This document shows, piece after piece, positions 1 to 9,830 of a stretch of DNA of 64,000 bases. Under the pieces are notes generated by a model, which was not told the origin of the DNA, made no database searches, and worked only from the letters and a program-made list of their open reading frames with translations. A program made the translations under genes and the position numbers. This stretch comes from Bdellovibrio sp. (GTDB lineage Bacteria > Bdellovibrionota > Bdellovibrionia > Bdellovibrionales > Bdellovibrionaceae). Where the stretch lies: assembly GCA_036676395.1 (NCBI GenBank), contig JAKFCY010000003.1:1-64000 (forward strand), given 5' to 3'. Positions within the stretch are counted from its first letter, which is position 1; every line of letters starts with the position of its first letter.

Positions 1-1690
1 CATAGCTGCGATGACGTTTGCGCTCGTGATCGAAATTACACCTGTCGACAATGTGATATTGTCACCGATTTGCACGATACCTTTTGTACCAGAAGTTGTA
101 TCAGCGTAAACTTGAGAACCTGCTGAAGTAATTCTACCGAATGCGTCTACTGTAAAATATGGAATTAAAGTATTTGTACCGTAAGTCGTTGCAATCACAC
201 CGCTGTTTTCAAAACCAATCACCGGATTTGAAGCGCCACCAGTTAAAGTGATTGGCGAAGTCGATGAAACCGAATTCATCGGCACGTAACCAAGACCCGC
301 TGTAACGTCAGCATTATTTAATTGAGAACCTGAAATCACACGGCCTTTGCCATCAACTGTAACTTTCGTGTATTCAGTACCACTTGTTACACCGGCACCT
401 ACTGAAATTAATTGAAAGTTACCGGTATTCGACATCGTCGCATCGCCGGTCATAGCTACACCTGAAGCAATGCCTGCAGCATTTCCGACAAAGATGCTTC
501 CTGAAGCTAATGAATCAGTTAAAGCACTGATCCAAGTTGTTAAAACTGTTGCGCTCGTTGTACCGGATGCCGCAGATAATACCTGGCCTACAGCCGGAGC
601 CCCATTACCTGGTAAAACGATATCATAATTTGAAATACCTACCGGAGTCGTAAGTCCGATGTAGCCGCCAACCATTCCATCTTGTACACGTAAATTACGT
701 TGTACAGTCATATCTTGAACTGTCGTAATATTATTTGCAGTGAAGTCACCGTTATTATCACGACGAACAATTGTGCCGCTTGAATTCAAATGAGTCGCAT
801 CAATTGTATCACTGACTGATTGAGAAATTTGAGCTGAAGTTTTTTCGCCAACAGTCATCACAACGGTATTATCAAGAGTTCCTGAAACATCTCCGCTTAA
901 AGAGCCTAATGCAGTGATGACGTTACCGCTTGTGATCGAAATCACACCGGCCGTAACGGTAATGTTATTACCAATTTGTACGATACCTTTAGTTACATTC
1001 GTAGCATCAGCATAAGTAGTTGAAGTTGCTGAAGTGATGCGCCCAAATTCATCAATCATAAAATTTGGAATTAATGTATTTGAACCGTAGGCGCCTGAAA
1101 CAACACCGCTAAATTCAAAACCAATCACTGGATTTGAGGCGCCACCAGTAAGCGTGATCGGAGAAGTAGATGAAACAGTGTTCATAGGCACATAACCTAA
1201 GCCTGCTACCACGTCGGCATTAGTTAACTGACTTCCACTTGTCACGCGGCCTTTGCCATCAACTGTGACTTTCGTATACTCAGTACCACTTGTTACTGCA
1301 GCACCCACACCAACTAATTGTAAATCACCAGTATCAGATAATGTCGCATCACCTGACATAGCTACAGCTGTTGCTGTACCAGAAGCGTTACCGACAAAAA
1401 AGTTACCCGGGGCTAAAACATCAGAAAGTGCTGTAACCCACGTTGTAAAAATTGTTGAACTGGTTGTGCCTGAAGCCGCTGACAACACCTGACCGATTGA
1501 TGGCGCGCCGTTACCCGGTAACACGATATCGTAATTTGAAATACCTACCGGAGTCGTAAGACCGATGTAACCGCCAACCAATCCATCTTGTACACGCAAA
1601 TTACGTTGTACAGTCATATCCTGAACTGTCGTGATATTATTTGCAGTGAAGTCACCATTATTATCACGCATCACTAATGTTGCACTTGAA
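1..1690 (-). repeat. 906-bp (302-aa) internal tandem repeat in the fibre gene
   Basis: Matching blocks at a constant 906 offset, e.g. tgcacgatac 71 vs tgtacgatac 977 and tgaaatacctaccggagtcg 631 vs 1537. Confidence 0.9.
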
Positions 1691-3555
1691 TTGGCAGACG
1701 AAGCTAATTTACAGCTCCAGTTAGTTCCGTTAAAGAACGGAACTTCGTTAGCAGAACAAACTGTACTGGTTAACGAAGCACCACCTGAAGTAACAGTAAC
1801 GAATCCGTCACCAGTTAATGCATTTGATCCTGTACCACCACGTGCAATCGGCAATGTGCCTGTCGTAATTTTTGAAGCATCTAAATCCGGGATATCAGAT
1901 GCTAATAAAGAAGTACCACTTGTAACAATACCTTTACTATCTACAGTGAATTTGGTGTATGTACCTGCAGATACGCCGCTGTCCTGTAAACCCAGTTGCG
2001 GAGTCATTGAAGTACCGGCAATTGTTAAAGGAGCTGTCACTGTAACTGAAGCGACTTTATTATTAAAAATTGTAAAATTAACTGCTGATAAAAAACCATC
2101 AACTGTAGTGGTTGCTTCAGGAATAGAAATTGTCGGAGTCTGGCCGCCCGTTGAAACTAACGGTGCCGTTGCAGATACATTAGTTACGTTACCTGTCGTA
2201 GGCGAAATCCAAGAAGTTATTCCGTTAGCATCAGTAGCTAACACAAATCCATTGACAGGCAAGGTGCTCGGTAAAGTTAATGTGTAACTTACTGCTAGAG
2301 CTGCCGGAACATTAATTGTGGCATTTTGCGTGTTTGCCGCATTAAAAAGTAAAATGTTTCTTGTTGAATTATTCGTTGAAGAAATTGTATTAACCGTAAT
2401 ATTACCCGAGCCATCACGTTTAACTAATGTTCCATTCACCAACGCTGAAGTTGCGGCAAGCGTATCACCAACACTAGTTGAAATCGCAGAAGCAGATCTA
2501 CCGCCTACGGTTGCAACGACTGTTGCCGAAATTACACCTGTAACGTCTCCGCCCAAGGCTGTTGTTGTTTGAACTGCATTCACAATGCGCGGGTCATTAC
2601 CGGCCGCAACGGTGTTTGCTACCGCGCCGACATTCACTGTTAAAAGTGGATCAATTGTCGCGTCATTTGAAGGAGGGCCGCCCGATACCGTTAAGTATGC
2701 GTTTGTCGAAGTTACAGATTTTACTGTTCCGGCAATACCTGGTTTAGCAATCCAGGCTGCGCCGTCGAAATACATAACCTCGCCGCCGACGTATGTACCG
2801 CCTGCAGGATTCACGTTTTGACCCATGATTCGGCTAACAACTGTTGCAGACTGACCACCGGTGACCTCGCCAGATAATGGCACCGAGAAGTAAGCGACGG
2901 TTCCCTGTGAAGTTACATAGTATGAACTTTGTCCTTTGATCGTTGCATCTAATTCTTCGTACAACGGACGAGTGATCGCCGGAACTGCATATGGAACCGG
3001 TACACCAAAGCCATTGATCTCAACAACTCTTAATAAACTTGGAGCGCCGAATCCGCCAACAGCATTTGTGTTTAAAGCTTCAATGGCTAATGGCACATAA
3101 TTAATGGCCTGAGAAGGCAATGGCTCGTAAGCGGCTCCGCCCGGCGGAACGAAAAACACATTCAACCGGCGAGAATTAACAGTACCTGGAACAGTACCCC
3201 CGTTAATACAATTAATTGTTCTTGTTGAATCAGTAATAAAAATATCAGAAAACGGATTTAACAGCACAGCCGGTAAAGTCGAGCTTCCGCCATTCACTGT
3301 TAAAACGAAGTTTCCGTCTGCCGCCGTTAAATTCTGTGTTTGCGTCTCTTGATAAAGCACACACGTAGGTACATCAGGATGAACAACTTGAATTAAGAAT
3401 TGAATAGTTCCGCTGACCGGCGCATTACCTGCGGCTGTATCTAAGATACGTCCATGGTAAGTTAATTGCGGACCAAATTGGGCATTAGCCAATAACGGCG
3501 CGAAAAATAATAAAGCAATAAATAAACGATTGATGTGAGAGGTTAGATTAATCAT
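1..3555 (-). CDS. Large secreted phage-tail-fibre-like adhesin (Bdellovibrio MAT-like fibre), runs off the left edge of the window
   Basis: Absent from the ORF track because there is no stop in the window. ATG at 3555 overlaps the upstream TGA (ATGA). Reads MINLTSHINRLFIALLFFAPLLANAQFGPQLTYHGRILD: signal peptide plus a TYxGRI N-terminal motif. T/S/G/V-rich, with fibre motifs YTKVTVDGKGRV and YTKFTVDSKGIV. In frame to position 1. Confidence 0.85.
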   Translation of the reverse strand, partial: MINLTSHINRLFIALLFFAPLLANAQFGPQLTYHGRILDTAAGNAPVSGTIQFLIQVVHPDVPTCVLYQETQTQNLTAADGNFVLTVNGGSSTLPAVLLNPFSDIFITDSTRTINCINGGTVPGTVNSRRLNVFFVPPGGAAYEPLPSQAINYVPLAIEALNTNAVGGFGAPSLLRVVEINGFGVPVPYAVPAITRPLYEELDATIKGQSSYYVTSQGTVAYFSVPLSGEVTGGQSATVVSRIMGQNVNPAGGTYVGGEVMYFDGAAWIAKPGIAGTVKSVTSTNAYLTVSGGPPSNDATIDPLLTVNVGAVANTVAAGNDPRIVNAVQTTTALGGDVTGVISATVVATVGGRSASAISTSVGDTLAATSALVNGTLVKRDGSGNITVNTISSTNNSTRNILLFNAANTQNATINVPAALAVSYTLTLPSTLPVNGFVLATDANGITSWISPTTGNVTNVSATAPLVSTGGQTPTISIPEATTTVDGFLSAVNFTIFNNKVASVTVTAPLTIAGTSMTPQLGLQDSGVSAGTYTKFTVDSKGIVTSGTSLLASDIPDLDASKITTGTLPIARGGTGSNALTGDGFVTVTSGGASLTSTVCSANEVPFFNGTNWSCKLASSANSSATLVMRDNNGDFTANNITTVQDMTVQRNLRVQDGLVGGYIGLTTPVGISNYDIVLPGNGAPSIGQVLSAASGTTSSTIFTTWVTALSDVLAPGNFFVGNASGTATAVAMSGDATLSDTGDLQLVGVGAAVTSGTEYTKVTVDGKGRVTSGSQLTNADVVAGLGYVPMNTVSSTSPITLTGGASNPVIGFEFSGVVSGAYGSNTLIPNFMIDEFGRITSATSTTYADATNVTKGIVQIGNNITVTAGVISITSGNVITALGSLSGDVSGTLDNTVVMTVGEKTSAQISQSVSDTIDATHLNSSGTIVRRDNNGDFTANNITTVQDMTVQRNLRVQDGMVGGYIGLTTPVGISNYDIVLPGNGAPAVGQVLSAASGTTSATVLTTWISALTDSLASGSIFVGNAAGIASGVAMTGDATMSNTGNFQLISVGAGVTSGTEYTKVTVDGKGRVISGSQLNNADVTAGLGYVPMNSVSSTSPITLTGGASNPVIGFENSGVIATTYGTNTLIPYFTVDAFGRITSAGSQVYADTTSGTKGIVQIGDNITLSTGVISITSANVIAAM

Positions 3556-4679
3556 GGATTGTCTCCATACATTAATCCCTGGCCATTCAGATAAACTCTG
3601 AACAGCGATGACGCAGATGGAACAGAAGTGCGCTCCATGGGGCTTGCAAGCGAAGCCTGAACAAAATATCTGTTCGAATCAACACAAGGTTCAGCCAATG
3701 GCGACATGGGTACACCACCAGCTAAACAGCTTGCCGAATGAACTGCAGGTGGTTTGAATTCTTGTGAACTGCCGGCAACGAATTCACGAACTCTAAATTG
3801 GTAGCGGTCTAACGTACGCACAAAAACATGTTGGGTTTCTTCAAGGGGAACTGTCGGATTTTTTTTATTAAACATGTTGCGGGCCGTGATATAAATTTCA
3901 TAGACCGAACTATCATCTAAGATGTGATCAGGGCTTGTGATCCAAAACGGGCTTCTGACGTTACCGATTTCAACAAATGTGGGCTGAGATGCTGAAGGCG
4001 AAGCCTGGTACACCGGCATGATACCCGTAAACGCTGCAGGTTGCAGCGATTGGTCAGTAATTTTTTTATAATATAAATAATATCTGGCTGAAGAGCCGTC
4101 CATGTAGTCAGCGTTTGTCCAGTTCACTAAAATAGATTTTCTTAAACCTTCTGTGCTAGTGATTCTGAACGGTCCCGGCTTTTCAACACGGCGAACAGTT
4201 AACTGAAAACTTGTGCCTACTGTCGACCAGTAATCAAAAACTTCAACAGTGATAGTAATTTGTTTTGAAGCTGTTACAGACCCCGCAGTCATACTTAACG
4301 TACAATTTGGGTATGTTCCGGTCACAACCATATTTTTCGGGTCAATCACCGTATGTTCAGATGAGCGTGCTGCCACGTTAATACCGCTGCAAAACAGAAA
4401 TGTATCTGGATCAGAAAGCTGGAACGGCATTGATACAGTATCGTTCTCATCCATTTCTAAATCACTGAACGGAGAAATTGTCGGCGGAGCAGATTCAGTA
4501 CGCAAACCCGGATTGTATCCAGTTGAGATTTCAGAATTTTTTCCGCCAAGTAAATTAAAATTACAACCAGAAATAAAAAATGCTTGCGCTAAAATAAAAA
4601 GAGAAAGTGCCAACGCAGATTTGTTGCATTTGCAATTATTAAATAAAAATGAAATATATTTCATTTTAATTGGCTTCAA
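3552..4679 (-). CDS. Lipoprotein with Ig/cadherin-like and fibronectin type III-like domains
   Basis: Lipobox-like FFISGC. PTISPFSDLEMDEND Ig-like start. PGPF..ILVNW..YYLYY..YEIYITARN FN3 pattern. Confidence 0.7.
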   Translation of the reverse strand: MKPIKMKYISFLFNNCKCNKSALALSLFILAQAFFISGCNFNLLGGKNSEISTGYNPGLRTESAPPTISPFSDLEMDENDTVSMPFQLSDPDTFLFCSGINVAARSSEHTVIDPKNMVVTGTYPNCTLSMTAGSVTASKQITITVEVFDYWSTVGTSFQLTVRRVEKPGPFRITSTEGLRKSILVNWTNADYMDGSSARYYLYYKKITDQSLQPAAFTGIMPVYQASPSASQPTFVEIGNVRSPFWITSPDHILDDSSVYEIYITARNMFNKKNPTVPLEETQHVFVRTLDRYQFRVREFVAGSSQEFKPPAVHSASCLAGGVPMSPLAEPCVDSNRYFVQASLASPMERTSVPSASSLFRVYLNGQGLMYGDNP

Positions 4680-4920
4680 ACTTATTCTCTCTCCCGTAAC
4701 GTTCCACAGTTTGCGCTTTCTTAAATATTACCATGACTTAGCTCATGTTTATTTTTAAAGGCACAAAACATGCCTTGTAATTCTCAGGTGCGTCAACACG
4801 ATACACATACTAATATTTTGTCTTGTTTTGATAATTATTTTAAGGCGTACAAACAGAACTAGACATGTTCTAGCCCTAAGAATTAAGACTAGCCTCGACT
4901 TTAATGTCTTGATGTATGAC

Positions 4921-6234
4921 TTAATTTAATTGGCTGTCAGCCTTGATAGAAGCTTCAGACCAGTCTTTAAGCTTCCAAGAATATGTAAAAAGTAATGCTA
5001 ACTCTTTTGCGTTTTGAGTCTCAATTGAAGTATCTTGAGATGACATTGAATAACGAACTGTTCCCTTTAAATACTCTTCAATACGATCGTGAGTTACAGA
5101 AAATTCTAAACTTTGCCCAGACCCTGCATTAACATCGACGTTACTGACTTTAGTCGGGGCCAATGTGAAGTATTTCAACTCAGTATCGAATCTGAATTTA
5201 CCGGCCTGATGAATCATATAACTTAAATCGACAAATAATGAAGTCACATTCGCCGAATAAACGACGACTCCGCACTGAGAAACATCATTTACGGTACAAA
5301 TGCTACCTAAGATTAAATTGGCAAAGTTAAATACGTAATACAATTTATCAAACTGGCGAAGGCCTACACCAATGCCCCAGTTGCCTTTTTCAAAGCGGGC
5401 TTCAGCAGATAAACTTGTCAGCAAGCGGTCGCCACCTTCGATAGGTACACTTTTAATATCTGGCAACATTTGATTATTTTGTAATTCAGCATACAAAACC
5501 GTTTTTACGTTTTCATTCCAGTAATTGTTCCAGCCAAATCCCGCAGCTAAATTTAATTTTGAAAGCAATAACCCATCTTTTTGTGCGCCAGGAGCAGCAT
5601 TTGAATCCACCCCATCATAACGATTGTTGTAACCGCCAATGTTGGCAAAGATCGCCGAATAACGCGTAATACACTCTGATCCGGTCCATTCGCCTTCACA
5701 AATCATGCGATAACGAAGCGCTTCAGAAATATTATCTTGCGATTTAGAGCTGGCTTCAACATCTTGTATTTGTTCTTCAGCGGGCTTACCTACAATTTGA
5801 TTAAAGGTATCGGGTGTTTCTAACGGAGCCACTATCGGAGGCTGAGGCGCCACAGGAACTTCGACCGGAGCTTCTGTGATGGGTACTTTTTCAGCCGTGA
5901 TTTCACGGTAATCTTTTTCATTCACAACCACTTTAAACGGCGTAACTTCTTGTTCACAATCAAACGGCAAAGTAATCACCGTGCCTGGATCGACCAGATC
6001 CGGATTTTTAAATTTATTAAGCTTAAGAAGAACATTCATCGAGCCTTTATTACCAAACACAGGCTCTAAGCCGAATTTACGCAGCACTGCTGCAGGATAA
6101 TCACCCTTTACCATGCGATATTTTGTAATTTTAACTACAGGAGAACAGACTGGTATAACAGGAGCTGCTTCGGCCACCACAGATGTAAACAAGCCTGCGA
6201 GTATAACCCACAGAATCAAACTTCTTCTTCGCAT
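4921..6234 (-). CDS. LysM-domain outer-membrane beta-barrel protein
   Basis: Signal peptide. YRMVKGD...LLKLNKFKNPDLVDPGTVITLP LysM pattern, P-rich linker, then alternating amphipathic strands ending LLFTYSW. Confidence 0.65.
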   Translation of the reverse strand: MRRRSLILWVILAGLFTSVVAEAAPVIPVCSPVVKITKYRMVKGDYPAAVLRKFGLEPVFGNKGSMNVLLKLNKFKNPDLVDPGTVITLPFDCEQEVTPFKVVVNEKDYREITAEKVPITEAPVEVPVAPQPPIVAPLETPDTFNQIVGKPAEEQIQDVEASSKSQDNISEALRYRMICEGEWTGSECITRYSAIFANIGGYNNRYDGVDSNAAPGAQKDGLLLSKLNLAAGFGWNNYWNENVKTVLYAELQNNQMLPDIKSVPIEGGDRLLTSLSAEARFEKGNWGIGVGLRQFDKLYYVFNFANLILGSICTVNDVSQCGVVVYSANVTSLFVDLSYMIHQAGKFRFDTELKYFTLAPTKVSNVDVNAGSGQSLEFSVTHDRIEEYLKGTVRYSMSSQDTSIETQNAKELALLFTYSWKLKDWSEASIKADSQLN

Positions 6235-6271
6235 TCTTAATTATCTGTTAAGATTTCGAATTTAATCAATG

Positions 6272-8017
6272 TTATCGGTCGTCTGGACTAGCCGGAAGTC
6301 GATTTCCGTTACCGTCTGTCTGCAAGCGCTCTTGCTGAGATTGAAATTTGAAATAATCAAATTCTGACTTAATTTTTGCATCAGCTTGCAATGCCGAAGC
6401 CTTTTGCTGAAACTGCTGATTTTTCGAAGTTAAGACATTTCTTTGATAAATTTCTGCCAAAGATTCGGCAAAAAAAACTTCATTTGGGTCCGCATCATAG
6501 AATTCTTCGAATAATTTAACTGCACCGGCCATCTTATCTTGTTGTAATAAAGCCCAGGCTAATAGCGGTTTGATATTTTTGTTTCTAGTTTTAAGCTCTA
6601 AAGCTTTTTGGGCCAAGTATTCAAGTTCAGAGTATGGCTTTTTCTTTTCATACCATAATTCAGCTAACACCGAATAAATTTCTGAATTTTCAGGATTAAT
6701 CTTTTGCGCCAATTCAATTTGGCGCTTAAAACTTTTCATATTATTCATTTTAAAATGAATATACGCAGCTAATATTCTTAATTTGTCATCTTGCGGGTAA
6801 GATCTGATTCCCTGCTCAATTAAAGCAATTGATTCTACGTATCTTTTGCTCCAGATCATGTACTGGCCATACTCTTGATATAGCTCTAATGAATCTGGTC
6901 GCAACTGATGGGCACGGCGTAAACGGTTTAAAGCCAAGTCGCTTTGATTGTTTTTCCATTCTAAGCGCGCCAGTTGCACCTGGGCTGTAGGATAATATTC
7001 AGACCATGATGCTAAATTTTCTAACGTACTTGAAGCTTCGCCGATATCATTTTGCGCTAAGTGAATTTGCGAAATATAAAATACTGACTGATCAGATTTT
7101 GTGATCTCGTAAAGTTCTTTATACATTTCTTCGGCGTTCGAAAAATCACGTTTTAAAAAAAGCACGTGGGCGATTTTAAATTCGATACCGATCGAATCGG
7201 GGAAAATTTCTTTTTGCTTTTTTAATTCAGCAATCGCATCATTATAGGCCCCAATACGAATACAGGCTTGCGATAGACGCTCAGACACATCTAAATCATA
7301 CGGGTGATACTTAGAAAATTTTATACCTAAGGCATACAAATCTTGCCACTTACGCAAATCGTACTGAATTGACGTCATTTTTTTCATCGTCATTAAATCA
7401 AAAGGTTTTGCTTGTTCTGCCTGTTGCAATTCGATTAAAGCTAATTCAAACTGATTTGATCTTTGCAAAACTTCATAGCGGCCCAAATGAACACGAAAAG
7501 CTTCTTCGCCATTTTTTTCTAGGGTTTCTAAGTTTAACATCGCTTGGTCAAGGCGCTTCATGTTTAAATTCATCTGATAGATTTTCCATAACGGAAAATT
7601 CTCTTTCTTTAATTCATAAAGTCTTTGATTCACAACGATGACTTTTTCAAATGAATCTGCCGATTCATAAATATCTGAAACTAATTTAAGACGCGGGTAT
7701 TCTAAATTTACGGCGTCTAATTTTTCGAGTTCGATCAAAGCTAAGTTGTTCTGATTTTTCTTAAAAAACGAAACGCTTAACCAATAGCGTGACTCATGAT
7801 TATTTGGATCATGCAGTAATGATAATTTAAAATACTCGACAGCTTTGTCATAGTTATTATCGTTTAAAAATCCAAGACCTACATCTTTGTAATACCCAGT
7901 ACGTGTAGAACTCTGTGGAAAAAGATCTGAATAAATCGTCTTCTCAGGAATAACCGGCGCCGAGGCACAGCCCCAAACCAAACTACCCAGTATTAATATA
8001 GAAAAGATCTTTTTCAT
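6272..8017 (-). CDS. Tetratricopeptide-repeat lipoprotein
   Basis: Lipobox LVWGC and many TPR-like helical repeats (e.g. YDKAVEYFKLSLLHDPNN). Confidence 0.85.
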   Translation of the reverse strand: MKKIFSILILGSLVWGCASAPVIPEKTIYSDLFPQSSTRTGYYKDVGLGFLNDNNYDKAVEYFKLSLLHDPNNHESRYWLSVSFFKKNQNNLALIELEKLDAVNLEYPRLKLVSDIYESADSFEKVIVVNQRLYELKKENFPLWKIYQMNLNMKRLDQAMLNLETLEKNGEEAFRVHLGRYEVLQRSNQFELALIELQQAEQAKPFDLMTMKKMTSIQYDLRKWQDLYALGIKFSKYHPYDLDVSERLSQACIRIGAYNDAIAELKKQKEIFPDSIGIEFKIAHVLFLKRDFSNAEEMYKELYEITKSDQSVFYISQIHLAQNDIGEASSTLENLASWSEYYPTAQVQLARLEWKNNQSDLALNRLRRAHQLRPDSLELYQEYGQYMIWSKRYVESIALIEQGIRSYPQDDKLRILAAYIHFKMNNMKSFKRQIELAQKINPENSEIYSVLAELWYEKKKPYSELEYLAQKALELKTRNKNIKPLLAWALLQQDKMAGAVKLFEEFYDADPNEVFFAESLAEIYQRNVLTSKNQQFQQKASALQADAKIKSEFDYFKFQSQQERLQTDGNGNRLPASPDDR

Positions 8018-8121
8018 CACTCTTCTATTCGGCCAAAGCCCGACTGGACTGCACTAGACCGTGGTCCAGATCTTGTAGTATCTCACCTTGCGACATATAT
8101 AAACTAAACAAAGGATTACCC

Positions 8122-8574
8122 ATGAAAAACATGTTAACCATTTTAAGCCTAGTGTCGATTTCTTTAACAGCATTTGCTAAAGAGAATTGCGTGTCTGCTG
8201 ATATCCTGACAGAGCAACAACGCATTAACCAAACTGACGGCCTTAGCAATGACAGCCGCCAATTCTTATTAAACGGCACGTTCAGCCTTAAGATGATTCA
8301 AATCCTATCTTGCACAAGCATGAAGAAAAAGATTAGCAAAGCTGATTCTGAATTCGCAGTAGCTTACATGGAAGACGATGCAAAAACTAAAATTGCTAAA
8401 CTTGATCGCGATGCAGAATACATGAAAACGGCTTTAAACGATCCAGAAACTAACGATATTATCCGCACTGTTTACACAAAAAGCTTAGAGCTGATTCCAC
8501 AAGAAATTGAGCGCGAAAAACAAACTACTCAAGCAATCATTAAAGACATTAAAAAATTAACGAGAAATTTTTAA
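8122..8574 (+). CDS. Hypothetical secreted helical protein
   Basis: AAGGA RBS, signal peptide ending AFA, 150 aa. Confidence 0.7.
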   Translation: MKNMLTILSLVSISLTAFAKENCVSADILTEQQRINQTDGLSNDSRQFLLNGTFSLKMIQILSCTSMKKKISKADSEFAVAYMEDDAKTKIAKLDRDAEYMKTALNDPETNDIIRTVYTKSLELIPQEIEREKQTTQAIIKDIKKLTRNF

Positions 8575-8614
8575 ATATAGGCCAACGATCGAAATGACCG
8601 TTGGCGCTAAAAAC

Positions 8615-9613
8615 CTAAAATAATTCAGTACAGGCTGCTTCGACGTTACCTTCTACTAAGTTCTGTACTTGCGAAAGCATTGTATCGCACGACCCCACCA
8701 CTTGCGCCGTCTGGCGGTTTAATGGCCCGAAATGCGCTCGCAGAAGACGAATTAAAGTCATTGTGTATTCAGCTGCAAAGGCTGGGCAACGTTTAACAAA
8801 AGCTTGGTAATCGGCTCCGGCACCAGTTCCTAAAATAGATCGCGCCGTACAAGTTACGCCTTCTTTGAAGGTGGGCAACATACAACGGCTTTCGTCAGCT
8901 TTATATTCGTCATAAAGTTTTTTTAGTTCAGTCGATGCATTCATTGAATTGTAACTCGCTTGAAATAATCCAGCCTCTGCTTCTGCAGAAGTGCGATCGG
9001 TTCCAGCCGAAGTGTCATAACCTTCGCAATACTTGCCTGAACTTTCACGCATACCTAAACCCATGCCGATCACATAAGTTGCATGCAGTGGCTCATCACC
9101 CGTTGAACTAATACGAAGGCCCGAATTTGCTAGAATATTCGAGTAATGCGCTAGCACATCTTTAGCCGCATCTCCTGAACTTGGCGCCGCTAAAATCATA
9201 GCTGCTGGTTTCACAGGGTTAGCGCGAATACGACACAAACTGCGGGCATAACTTAAAGCCATTCCTTTAATGTAAGCTGCAGGCGCGCGACCGCGGTCTG
9301 TCCAGGAAGTTTGCGCACAACTTGATTTCGCAGCGATATCTTTAATAGAAGCCGTATATCCCGAGCTCGGAGCCGGGGTCGGTGTTGGAGTTGGTAAGGG
9401 AGTGGGCGTTGGAGTTGGGGCCGGTGTTACCACCGTTGGTTGTGATACTGTTGGAGTACCAGATACTGAGGTTGAGTTGTTGTCGTCGGTTGAAGACGAA
9501 GAACTAGTTACAGACGATAGGTCTGGGATTAGACAGCCAGATAATAAAAAAGCTGCGATGTAAATTGTTAATGTTTTTACGATTAAATATTGTTGTTTTG
9601 TGCTTTTCTTCAT
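8615..9613 (-). CDS. Lipoprotein with a lysozyme/lytic-transglycosylase-like domain
   Basis: Lipobox LLSGC, S/T/P linker, then GMRESSG...EAGLFQ, matching the E-S-S / G-L-x-Q lysozyme-fold motifs. Confidence 0.65.
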   Translation of the reverse strand: MKKSTKQQYLIVKTLTIYIAAFLLSGCLIPDLSSVTSSSSSTDDNNSTSVSGTPTVSQPTVVTPAPTPTPTPLPTPTPTPAPSSGYTASIKDIAAKSSCAQTSWTDRGRAPAAYIKGMALSYARSLCRIRANPVKPAAMILAAPSSGDAAKDVLAHYSNILANSGLRISSTGDEPLHATYVIGMGLGMRESSGKYCEGYDTSAGTDRTSAEAEAGLFQASYNSMNASTELKKLYDEYKADESRCMLPTFKEGVTCTARSILGTGAGADYQAFVKRCPAFAAEYTMTLIRLLRAHFGPLNRQTAQVVGSCDTMLSQVQNLVEGNVEAACTELF

Positions 9614-9794
9614 AGAAAAGCAGTTTCAACTGAACGCCTTAAAAATCGCCACCAGTATAAGATTCTGGTCTAGTCTAGTTTTTGTGAACTGCAAATAAAT
9701 TCGATTTCAGCATTGTTTATAATTGTAAAAAAAGTTTGTTTGTTCGCAAGATTTTATTTAGATTTAGCTGCACAGATGCTCGACTAAAGACCAT

Positions 9795-9821
9795 TCAAAA
9801 TACCTAAAAAAATTCCGATAG
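9795..9821 (+). promoter_or_regulatory. Putative sigma28 (FliA) promoter
   Basis: TCAA-N15-TCCGATAG, ending 10 bp upstream of the PilZ gene ATG. Confidence 0.55.
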
Positions 9822-9830
9822 ATAAGCACT

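Noticed and set aside
1253..2821. Plus-strand ORFs 1253-1492, 1631-2287, 2318-2572, 2562-2747 and 2585-2821
   Set aside because: Antisense shadows of the minus-strand fibre gene.
4249..4758. 169-aa plus-strand ORF, and similar antisense ORFs at 23655-24149, 36000-36374 and 44428-45453
   Set aside because: They overlap well-supported genes on the opposite strand and show no motifs.
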